Origin: Amphiscolops sp. MND2022
Lineage: Eukaryota
Assembly (NCBI GenBank): GCA_964187785.1
Contig: OZ076409.1
Span: 74,650,001-74,714,000 of the forward strand
DNA length: 64,000 bases
Direction: 5' to 3'
Part shown: piece after piece, positions 1 through 11,485 of the stretch
Layout of the letters: each line of letters begins with the position of its first letter
Position numbering within the stretch: position 1 is the stretch's first letter
Position numbers and translations under genes: made by a program
Notes under the pieces: model-generated
Databases searched by the model: none
Told to the model about the DNA's origin: nothing
The model's input: only the letters and a program-made list of their open reading frames with translations

Positions 1-731
1 TTCAGCGTTCCAGGATTTCTTGAGTAAAAGATAAATGTCTTAGAATTTTTTCGAAAAATTTTCAAATTTTTTTTTTCATTTTCAGGCCTCCCAAAGTCAA
101 GAAACGTCCACACAACTAGTATTGCAAGTGGATGCATGTGGAAAGTGCTCGAATAGACGAGAAAAATGAGCTATTATAAACCTCTGTAGCTTAACCTGAC
201 GTTGACTTATGACAATTTTAGTGTGAGCTTCCTATGTGAGAAAAAATTTCAAAAATTGAAAATCGAAGTTAAGTCTCATCCAAAACTCATCGGAATACGT
301 TCAATCCATCCCAAAGCGGTTTGTTCCCAGTTGTAGAGTGCAGCAACACCATTCAAGGTCATTTGACCCACTTTAATAGGTTTTGACTTTGTCTTATCCA
401 TCCGAAAATTCGAAACAGTTAAGTACATTCCATCTCCCCTCCGTGGGAGATGGTAATGTACTCGCAAAAAGCCAAGTACTACCGCCCTATTCTACCCGTA
501 GTGGTGCTAGAAATGCAGTAGCGTGAGCTCCAGGTTGTTTGCAGTAGTCTCTATGTGTTATAATTATATTTTTCATAGCTAAAAATCTTACTAAACGTGA
601 TAAAAAAAATTACATCACTCAAAATTTTTTCAAATATTATTATATGTCCCCAATTGACGCACGTCAACTATTTCGCTACAACCACCCTACCACCCGGCCC
701 CTCGTATCTTTGTTCAACCGTACACGTCTAG
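1..731 (+). mobile_element. Array unit Z, 3' part only (related to B/F, different terminus)
   Basis: Shares the ccacacaactagtattgcaagt block and the agtacattccatctccc...gggagatgg hairpin with B/F. Ends gtctag|gtgg. Lacks the GGCATGCC box. Confidence 0.55.
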
Positions 732-2122
732 GTGGTTGGGGCGGTCCCCAGAACGCACAAGGAGGCGCGGGGAGGGTCCTGCGCCGACGTAGAATAATTT
801 CATATAATACTAGTATCCTACATGGGTGTTTTAGAAGCGATTTTGGAATCTAACCGTAGGATTTGGATAATTTTTTGCATGCGGCCATAACTCGAAATTC
901 TAAGAACTTTTTCCTACTGTCATTTTCCCCGCAAATTGTTTTTTGTTGACTTATGGCCGAAAAACCGGAAATAACGTCCTTTTTAGACGTTATATCCGAA
1001 GTGTCGTCATAACTTTTTTCCAGGGCATGCTAGCGTTCTCGTTCACTTTTACACTTAGTTGCAGCATCTCAAAATACAACTGGTGGAAAATTTTGGTTGC
1101 ATTCGGATCACCCCCCACCGAGATAGAAGGGTTCCCCCCTCCAGTTTTACCCCCCAAATTTGCAAAATAGCCAAATTTGAGCATGAAGCCGAGGATTTAG
1201 CGTACCCGCACTCTCCTGATGTTTTGTTGTACGTATTGAGGTCAATCTGACGACATGTGTGGTTTTCACCCCCAACTCCCCCCTTGGACCGGAAATGACA
1301 CTTTTTTGTGTTTTTTGGCAGAATTTAGCCTTTTTCATTATTAGGCAGTCGTTTTAGGGACTCCTAGCAGGATATCGAAATTGAAATACAACCTGATCAC
1401 AACCCAGTGACAACATGTTGGCCACTTGGAGGTATCATCATGACCGGAAGTGGGGTCAACCCCCCCTTTTTGTGACCGCTTTTTGACCTTGTGCACCAAA
1501 ATGCCAACATCTTGAGGCCTAATGAGGCATTCAAATCTGTACAAAGATAAAATGTTAGACAACCGAAGTCCCGGAAGATCTTTAGCATATACCGGAAGTT
1601 ACCCCCCATGACCGGAAGTTACCCAATGTGACCGGAAATGGTCCAAAAATTAATGTAAAGTTGAATTTTTCACTATTTCAAGACCACTTAATTGAAACTT
1701 TTCAATCTCAAAACTAGCGTACTGGCTTGTTTTGCTGAATTTATGGAAATTGATGAGCTCTATCGCCCCCGATAGCCTTCGAAGTTGACCTTGCGTCAAC
1801 TTTGGAGGCTATCGATAAAGAAAAATGAACAACAAAGTACATTGTTGCTCTCGTTTTTCTCCCGTTGTTTTTCCTCAAACATTCTTGAGACATATACATG
1901 GCCGTTAGTTGATATCAATATTTAGCCCATGTTATAGCTGGAGCAGCGAAGCGTTACACAGACTAGTGTGGTTTTGAAATCACACTATTTGAATTAACGA
2001 CTGACCGTCTTAGTCAACTCCACACACTCATACCAACGCCCACCGTCTGTGGGCATGCCGAGGCATGCCCTTCGACGACGTATGACGAATCCATTCCAAC
2101 GACACCCGCAGTCCTCAGCTAG
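732..2122 (+). mobile_element. Array unit A1 (family A, ~1390 bp, putative non-autonomous cassette)
   Basis: Starts gtggttggggcggtccccag and ends gtcctcagctag. Eight copies in the window. Confidence 0.7.
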
Positions 2123-3393
2123 GTGGCCGCGTCTTTTGTCGAACTTTAACCATGGAGGCGCGGGTAGGGTCCTGCGCCGACTTAGTGCCTTTACTATGAT
2201 ACAAAAATAGGTACCTGAGTAAACGATCTCGAAGATGAGCCGTCAGAAATTCCTGAAAATTTGCATGTGGCCCCCAATTGGCGAGCATATGAAAAGTGTA
2301 GGAGGTCATTTTTCCCAAATTCCACTGTGAGACGAGATAAACGCGAAAAATGAGGTAAAAAATGGACCCATTTTTGATAAATTTTGCAATATCTCGTTCC
2401 AGAGGCATCGGAGGTACCGTATACCTGACGTGGAAAATGCTCGGCATGTGAAGGGGGTTACGTGGACAAATTTTCGTCCAAATCGGATAAAAATTGACAG
2501 AGTAATAACAAATTTTTTTGTGCATTTTGGCGACTTTTTCAGAAAACCCAGTTTATCTCTGCCGTTTTTTGCCCAGATTTTTTTCTAGAACCTCTCCTAA
2601 AGGCCTCCCCTGGCCGGTTTATCTCCCAAAAAAACCATTTGGCCCTAAATACGAGGTTTCAGCGTTCTAGTTTTCCCCAGTAAAAAGTTATGGGACTTAG
2701 AAATTTTTCAAAAATTTTCAAATTTTTTCTAAAAAAGTTCAAGCCGCCCAAAGTGAAGAAACTTCCACACAACTAGTATTGCAAGTGAATGCATGTGGAA
2801 AGCCCTGCACTTGACGAGAAAAATGCCGTTTAGAACGTCTTTTTATCTTAACTTGATGTTGACTTATGATCTTTTGAGTAGCGTATAACACGTGATCACA
2901 GTAAAGAAAATCCTAATTTTCAAAAATTTTCAAACAATAACGCATGAAAAGAACCTGGAAAAGGTTCCGATGGATCAGTTGGGATGTCTGAAGCATGTGT
3001 ACATTTCCGTAGTGTATAGCGGATGTATTTGAGACTTATTAGAAATTGTGATAAATTTTATACAAGTCTTTGTTTCTCTTAGAATCTTATGCAGTTGAGT
3101 ACATTCCATCTCCCTCTCAGGGGAGATGTGAAAGTACGTTTGCCAAATGCCTTGTAAAGCTCACAATTTTGATGGATTCAAATAACTAAACAAGTGTGAT
3201 TTGCGTTTGCCGAACCACTGCGACAAAATATCCTAAATCTATAGCGAGATTGTATGGTTCTTGTCTTTAGTGTTTCGTCTTTGTAGCCGACTTCCACATC
3301 CAAATATCAACGCCCGCCGTCCGTAGGCATGCCGAGGCATGCCTTTCGACGACGTATGCCAAATACTTAATGCCACGCTGTCATTATCGCTAG
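2123..3393 (+). mobile_element. Array unit B1 (family B, 1271 bp)
   Basis: Starts gtggccgcgtctttt and ends cattatcgctag. Four copies. Confidence 0.7.
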
Positions 3394-5578
3394 GTGGAGG
3401 TTATTTTATAATAATTAAAGTGTTTTTTTCCGGAGTTTGTGGCTTTGGAAAAAACAAAAGGCGAGAAATTGGGCACTCCGGGCTGAACCGTATACACTCA
3501 AAATTCGCCCAATATTTATACGATCTCGAAACCCAGCCGTACGATTTGGCTGAAAATTTGCATGCGGCTAAAAAATCAGATTCTAAGAACTATTTCCTGC
3601 TGACATTTTTTTGAAATTTTTGTGTACGTTTCCCCCCCGCCCCCTAAAGGGGTCAATTTTCCCCAATTTTGCACTTTTTAGTCAAATTCTCAAAACTGGT
3701 GGATCTGAGCTTTTTCCCGATGGGGACAACTTTTAACAAGCGCTGTTCAGTAGACCTTTTTGACTTTTTACTTTGGTGGTACGTTCACCCCCCAAGGAGG
3801 AAATGGCGTTTTTGTGACTTCCGGTCGAGACTTTTTTCACCCAAAAAATAGAAATAAGCCAGTTTTGAGCAGGAAGGAGTGGATTTAAAGTGTCTGTACC
3901 CTGCTAAAAATTTGTGGGGCGTGTAGCGATATATCTCATAGCAAGTCTGGTTTTCACCCCCGAACCCCCCTCGAGACCAAAATTCACCCAAACGTTTTAC
4001 CTCTATTTGTGGTTTTTTCACAAAATGTCGTCATTTCCATCGGCAAAGATTTGAATTAGGGGCTCCTAATAGGGTACCAAAGTTCAAGTACACTTGGAGT
4101 GCAACTGAGTGACCCTTTTTGGGCCTCTCGTGTGTTCGGCAATAACCGGAAGTTGTATAAACCCCCCTTTTTTGACGTTTGTTGACCTTGAGACTCGCGC
4201 TTAGATGACGTTTATGTCGCGCAATTCCTACAAACCAGTATTAGAATGACATGCTAGCCAACTAGAGAGCAATAAGGGAAACTATACTATACCGGAAGTA
4301 ACCCCCTCTTGACCGGAAGTTGTCATTTTTGACCGGAAATGGTCCAAAACCTAGCGTGAAAGCTGTTTTTCATTGCTTTTAAAGTCAACTTATTACTTTT
4401 TTCACTCTGCGCGAGCTTGAATTCAGGTTCGTTAGTGTTGCCCGTACACACTGCAACAAATATACATCTGTAAAATTTTCGCTATAATATCGTCGGAGAG
4501 AGAAATAACGGGTTTTTGGGTTTTTTTTTCAAAAATATTAGTGTTTATCTGTCATTTTTACCCAACGTTATTGAACAGTAGAACCATAGGGGTTAGTCTT
4601 CGCCCAAATATATGCCTAACAAAAGCACTTGTCCCATTGGTTGCAGTTTGGGCGTTTTAGCTTTGCCTGGTCACAAGTTAGGGGACTTGAAAAACTTTCA
4701 AAATCATTTCCGAAATTTTTTTCTAAACGTCACGTCTCCCAAAGTTAAGAAACTTCCTCACAACTAGGACCGCAAGTGAATGCATGTGGTTAGACCTATA
4801 AATGGAGAGAAAAACTCCGTTTAGAACATCTCTTTATCGTAACGTGACGTTAAGAGATGTTGCTTTGAATGTGAATTTGATAATGCGTCGAGAAGTAAAA
4901 GTGTGTAAATGGAACCTTTGTCTCGATAAATACTCCTCGCAATACATGCGATGAACCCCAATTACCCTCAGTTTCAGTTGCTTAGTACATCAACGTCTTC
5001 CAAGGACCTTTTATCTATTTTGAAAATGTCGAAATCATTATTAATATCAGTTATCAAGAAACACATGAGCACATTCTCATCTCTCCCCATCGGGTGAGGT
5101 GAGAATGTTCTTGCTAAAAGCCAGGTACTACGGCCCCCTTTTGTTTTAATACGATGCATTCTCTGCTTTAGCTCATAGATATTTTTTTTCGCCTGATTGT
5201 TTGTATACTCTCTGACTTCTTGTTATAAATCTCTCGTCATTACTTTACATAAATATACAACCAAAAATCATTATCGTCAGCGCCACATACATTTAGACGC
5301 CCACCATTCCGTAGGTATGTCGAGGCATACCTTTCGATTACGTATGTCAAAACGCAAACGTGATAAAAAGTGCTGGAAGTCTCAAACAGTGACAAACAAA
5401 TTTGACTACTTGAAATATGGGAGGTTTTTATATGGAACTTACACATAGCTGACATTTCACAACTTTGCAGCTGACGCCCACATGCCAACATCAACGCCCA
5501 CCGTCCGTGGGCATGCCGAGGCATGCCCTTCGACGACGTATAGCAAATCCCTTTCACCGACGCGCACTCTCCCGCTAG
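3394..5578 (+). mobile_element. Array unit C1 (family C, ~2185 bp)
   Basis: Starts gtggaggttattttata and ends ctctcccgctag. Four copies. Confidence 0.7.
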
Positions 5579-6647
5579 GTGGTCAAGGGGGATGCCCATC
5601 AGAAAATATTGCGAGGCCGGGGAGGGTCCCGAGAGCCGAGCACATTCTATCAATTCCTACCTTCAGGATTGCGAAGTATTTTAACCGATCTCGAAATTCA
5701 CCCGTAGGATTTGTCTGAAACTTTGCATGTGGCTTTATCTCAAAAATTTAAGAATTTTTTTCTGCTGACGTTTTTCCAGGAAAATTCATTTTGTAGGGTT
5801 TTTTTGGGTTTTTTTGGTTTTTTTCATCTTTTTTCATCTTTGATTAATCAATGACCGAATCAAAGGCCATTTTCACCATGAAGGAAAGCCCGTAGCGGCA
5901 AAGTGCACTTTTATGAAAATCATCAACGGTCAACGGTCTTTCGAACGGTCCGAAAAAATTTCCCCCGGGGGAAACCAAAGTGCCGAAAAGTGCCAAAATT
6001 ATTTTTTTGACTGAATCACTTTGATCAAATTGATGATTTGAGCAGCCGGAACGGTCCGCACGGTCTCGGACAATAAGGTCAAAAATTGTCAGCATCCAAT
6101 GGGGGTTCCAAAAATGTAATTCGTTCACCTGTAGGAGACATCAGAAAAAAGTTGATTTTTTGGGGTATATGTCATTATGAGTGATTGGATGAGAAATAAT
6201 TGTATCACTTTCAGTTGGATATGATGCAGCACAGGAAGCAGCTGCAGCAAACTTGAAACTGATTATGGGGCTGGGGTTTACCCTCTGTATCGAGCAAAAC
6301 AGCCCTAGGGCATAAGTTGTGCCAAAAAATGCCTCAAAGTGATGATTAGGTTATTGCAAATCGTTCAGCAAAATTTATTGTCACCGGTGTTCCGAGAGTT
6401 GCGCAGCATCTCGCAGGAACAACGGTGCTTGCTTAGAAAGCAAAAAACCACAAAATCCCTTGAGTTAAGTTGACGGCAGTCACCATAGACATTCACTCGT
6501 CAGGGTGATGATAATTATCGTTCAATCCCAGAATAACTTACAAAAAATTGCTAGCCTCAATATTTCTTTTTCATACTCCATTAGCAAAGGTTGCGCTGTT
6601 AAGTTTAGGCCTTTTACTAGCAGTGCTCTAAATCGCTCCATCGCTAG
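5579..6647 (+). mobile_element. Array unit D1 (1069 bp, short relative of J)
   Basis: Starts gtggtcaagggg and ends ccatcgctag. Its 5' half is similar to J1. No GGCATGCC box. Confidence 0.65.
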
Positions 6648-8825
6648 GTGGATGGTATTTTATAACAATTAAAATGTTTTTTTCCGGAGTTTGTGGCTTT
6701 GGAAAAAACAAAAGGCGAGAAATTGGGCACTCCAGGCTGAACCTAAAAACACCCTAAAATTCGCCCGATTTTTTTACGATCTCGAAACCCAACCGTACGA
6801 TTTGGCTGAAAATTTGCATGTGGCTCCTAATCAATGAGTAATGAAAAAGTGTAGAAATGACTTTTCCTGGGAAAATTGTTTTTGTTGCACTTTTTGCGCA
6901 ATTTTTGACCGATTGTTGCGTTTTTTATGTCACTTTTGACTTTTCAGGCAAAAAACTCATGGATGCTTTGATCCTAGCGCATCCAGTGTTTCGACCAAAA
7001 AGTTGCAGCATGTTCTTTTACGTATGTTGAGAAAATTTGGTTGCCATCGTATTACCCCCCACTGAGATAGAGGGGGACTTCCGGTGGATTTTAGCACCCT
7101 AAAAACAAGGACCTCCTAAATTTCAGCATGAAGCGGTAGTTTTAGCGTGCTCATACCCTGCTGAAACTTTGTTGGGCATAATGAGATTGTCCTGATATCA
7201 TGTGTTCAGTTCACCCCCCATCACCCCCTGGACCGGAAATGAGCTTTTTTTGCACTATCATACCGGAAGTCTCCAATTTCACCGTTAAGCAGTCCTTGTA
7301 CGAGCAACTACCAGGACATCAAAATTGAAGTACCACCTGAGGTCAACATAGTGACCACGTGTTGTCCAATCATAGGTTCCGCTATGACCGGAAATGGGGT
7401 CAAAACCCCCTTTTTTGGTTGTTTTTTAACAATTTGACTAGTGTTTGGTCCACATTCAAGTCGCGTAAGTCAATTGAATCAGCGTGAGCATAAACTGTAT
7501 GTTCACTGCGTAGACGTAACTGACACTGACAGATACCGGAAGTAACCCCCCGTGACCGGAAGTTGTCATTTTTGACCGGAAATGGTCCAAAATGTAGCGT
7601 AAAATCAGTTTTTCACTGCTTTTTAAAGTCAACTTATTACTTTTTCAATCTCCGCGAGCTTGTATTCAGGTTCGTTTTTGTTACCCGTGCACTTTGCAAC
7701 AAGTATACATCTGTAAAATTTTCTCTATGATATCTTCGGATAGAGAAATAACATATTTTTGAGACTTTTTTCAAAAATATTAGACTATATCTGTCATTTT
7801 TACCCAAAGTTTTTCAACAGTACAACCACAGTGGTTAGTCTCTGCCCAAATTTATGCCTAACAAAACTATTTGGCCCATTGGCCTCAGTTTGAGCGTTCC
7901 AGCTTTGCGTGATCATAAGCTAAGGGACATGAAAAATTTTCGAACTTTTTTCAAAAAAAAATCTCACATTCATGTCTCCCAAAGTGAAGAAACTTCCACA
8001 CAACTAGGATTGCAAGTGGATGCCTGTGGCAAGCCCTATAATTGAAGAGAAAAATGCCGCTTAGAACGTCTCTTTATCGTAACTTGACGTTAACGTATGG
8101 TGTTTTGAATGTGAGCTTGATAAGGCGTCGAGAAGTCAAAGTGTGTAAATGGAACGTACGTCTCGTCGAAAACTCATCGGAATTCATGCAATGAACCCCA
8201 ATTGTCCTCAATGGCAGTTGCCTACTGCAACAACGTCTTTCTGGTACTTTTCACCCACTTTCATAAGTGTCAAAATTCTTTTTAAATTCAGTTAGCAAGA
8301 AGTACTTGAGTACATTTTCATCTCTCCCCAGCGGGTGAGATGAGAATGTTCTTGCTTAATGCCAGGTACTACGGCCCCCTTTTGTTTTAATGCGACGCAT
8401 TCTCTGCTTTAGCACATAGATATTTCATTTCGCCTGGTTTTTTGTATACTCTCTGACTTGTTATTATAAAGTTCTCGTCATTACTTTACATAAATTTACA
8501 ACCATAAATCGTTATCGGCAACGCCACATACATTTAGACGCCCACCATTCTGTAGGTATGTCGAGGCATACCTTTCGATTACCTATGTCATAACGCAAAC
8601 GCGATAAAAAGTGCTGAAATTCAGAAACAGTGAGAAACAATTTTCACTATTTGACATATGGTAGGTTTCTATAGGGAACTTACACATCACTGACATTTCA
8701 CAACATTCCAGCTGACGCCCACATACCAACATCAACGCCCACCGTCCGTGGGCATGCCGAGGCATGCCCTTCGACGACGTATGCCAAATTTTTTAAAATC
8801 TACACCCAATTGCGGTAGCTGCTAG
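6648..8825 (+). mobile_element. Array unit E1 (family E, ~2178 bp)
   Basis: Starts gtggatggtattttata and ends gcggtagctgctag. Four copies. Confidence 0.7.
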
Positions 8826-10213
8826 GTGGTTGGGGCGGTCCCCAGAACGCACAAGGAGGCGCGGGGAGGGTCCTGCGCCGACGTAGAATAATTTCATATA
8901 ATACTAGTATCCTACATGGGTGTTTTAAAGGCGATTTTGGAATCTAACCGTAGGATTTGGATAATTTTTTGCATGCGGCCATAACTCGAAATTCTAAGAA
9001 CTTTTTCCTACTGTTATTTTCCCCGCAAATTGTTTTTTGTTGACTTATGGCCGAAAAACCGGAAATAACGTCCTTTTTAGACGTTATATCCGAAGTGTCG
9101 TCATAACTTTTTTCCAGGGCATGCTAGCGTTCTCGTTCACTTTTACACTTAGTTGCAGCATCTCAAAATACAACTGGTGGAAAATTTTGGTTGCATTCGG
9201 ATCACCCCCCACCGAGATAGTAGGGTTCCCCCCTCCAGTTTTACCCCCCAAATTTGCAAAATAGCCAATTTTGAGCATGAAGCCGAGGATTTAGCGTACC
9301 CGCACCCTTCTGATGTTTTGTTGTACGTATTGGGGTCAATCTGACCACATGTGTGGTTTTCACCCCCAACCCCCCCTGGGACCGGAAATGACATTTTTTT
9401 GTGTTTTTTGGCAGAATTTAGCCTTTTTCATTATTAGGCAGTCGTTTTAGGGACTCTTAGCAGGATATCGAAATTGAAATACAACCTGATCACAACCCAG
9501 TGACAAAATGTTGGCCACTTGGAGGTATCATCATGACCGGAAGTGGGGTCAACCCCCTTTTTGTGACCGCTTTTTGACCTTGTGCACCAAAATGCCAACA
9601 TCTTGAGGCCTAATGAGGCATTCAAATCTGTACAAAGATAAAATGTTAGACAACCGAAGTACCGGAAGATCTTTAGCATATACCGGAAGTTACCCCCCAT
9701 GACCGGAAGTTACCCAATGTGACCGGAAATGTTCCAAAAATTAATGTAAAGTTGAATTTTTCACTATTTCAAGACCACTTAATTGAAACTTTTTAATCTC
9801 AAAACTAGCGTACTGGCTTGTTTTGCTGAATTTATGGAAATTGATGAGCTCTATCGCCCCCGATAGCCTTCGAAGTTGACCTTCCGTCAACTTTGGAGGC
9901 TATCGATAAAGAAAAATGAACAACAAAGTACATTGTTGCTCTCGTTTTTTTCCCGTTGTTTTTCCTCAAACATTCTTGAGACATATACATGGCCGTTAGT
10001 TGAAATCAATATTTAGGCCATGTTATAGCTGGAGCAGCGAAGCGTTACACAGACTAGTGTGGTTTTGAAATCACACTATTTAAATTAACAACTGACCGTC
10101 TCAGTCAACTCCACACATTCATACTAACGCCCACCGTCTGTGGGCATGCCGAGGCATGCCCTTCGACGACGTATGACGAATCCATTCCAACGACACCCGC
10201 AGTCCTCAGCTAG
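8826..10213 (+). mobile_element. Array unit A2
   Basis: Colinear with A1 between CTAGGTGG junctions. Confidence 0.7.
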
Positions 10214-11485
10214 GTGGCCGCGTCTTTTTGATGGACTTTTATCCTTGAGGCGCGGGTAGGGTCCTGCGCCGAGCTGGTGAAAATATACTACGTCCAAATC
10301 GCCCGTTCCGGAAACGATCTCAAAACTGGCCCGTACGATTTTCCTGAAAATTTGCATGTGGCCCCCAATTGGCGAGCAATGAAAAAGTGTAGGAGGTCGT
10401 TTTTCCCAAATTCCACTGTGAGAGGAGATATATGAAAAAAACGGACCCCAAAATGACGAAATTTTCACTTTTTGACCATTAATGGGACATTATCTCCTCA
10501 GACAAGGCTCGCAGCGACATTTGTCAGAACCCAAACCTGCAGCAGACTGTTAGAGCAGTGCACACAGTAAGTTTGAAGGAAATCGGATAATCACATGTGG
10601 AGAAATTGACGTTTTTCCGGCGAAATTTTTCGCAAATGCAGTCTATCTCTGCCGTTTTTTGCCCAAATTTTTTTCGAGACCCTCTCCTAAAGGCCTCCCC
10701 TGGCCCAATTTCCTTCCAACAAAACCATTTGGCCCTAAATACGAGGTTTCAGCGTTCCAGCATTCCCCAGTGAAAAGTTATGGGACTTAGAAATTTTTCA
10801 AAATTTTTCAAATTTTTTCTAAAAAAGTTCAGGCCGCCCAAAGTGAAGAAACTTCCACACAACTAGTATTGCAAGTGAATGCATGTGGAAAGCCCTGCAC
10901 TTGACGAGAAAAATGCCGTTTAGAACGTCTTTTTATCTTTACTTGATGTTGACTTATGATCTTTTGAGTAACGTATAACACGTGATCACAGTAGTGAAAA
11001 TCCTAATTTTCAATAATTTTCAAACAATAACGCATGAAAAGTATCTGGAAAGGTTCCGAAGGGTCAGTCGGGATGTCTGAAGCATGTGTACATTCCCGTA
11101 GTGTATAGCGGATGTATTTGGGACTTATTAGAAATTGTGATATAATTTATACAAGTCTTTGTTTCTCTTAGAACCTTATGCAGTTGAGTACATTCCATCT
11201 CCCTCTCAGGGGAGATGTGAATGTACGTTTGCCAAATGCCTTGTAAAGTTCACATGTTTGATGGACTTAACTAAAAAAAACAAGTGTGAGTTGCGTTTGC
11301 CGAATCGCTACAGCAAAAAATACTAAAACTTTAGTCAGATTGAATGGTTTTTGTCTTTAGTGTTTCTTCTTGTATAGCCGACTTCCACATCCAAATATCA
11401 ACGCCCACCGTCCGTAGGCATGCCGAGGCATGCCTTTCGACGACGTATGCCAAATACCCAATGCCACACAGTCTTTCCCCGCTAG
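10214..11485 (+). mobile_element. Array unit B2
   Basis: Family B start gtggccgcgtc; ends ctttccccgctag. Confidence 0.7.

Noticed and set aside
943..1338. Recurrent short ORFs in units (MLTYGRKTG..., MLKIGYFAN..., MFFSGVCGF..., MPRHALRRR..., MLKVFTISL...)
   Set aside because: They recur only because the DNA is repeated. They overlap on both strands, often use non-ATG starts, change frame or length between copies, sometimes cross junctions, and resemble no protein family I know.
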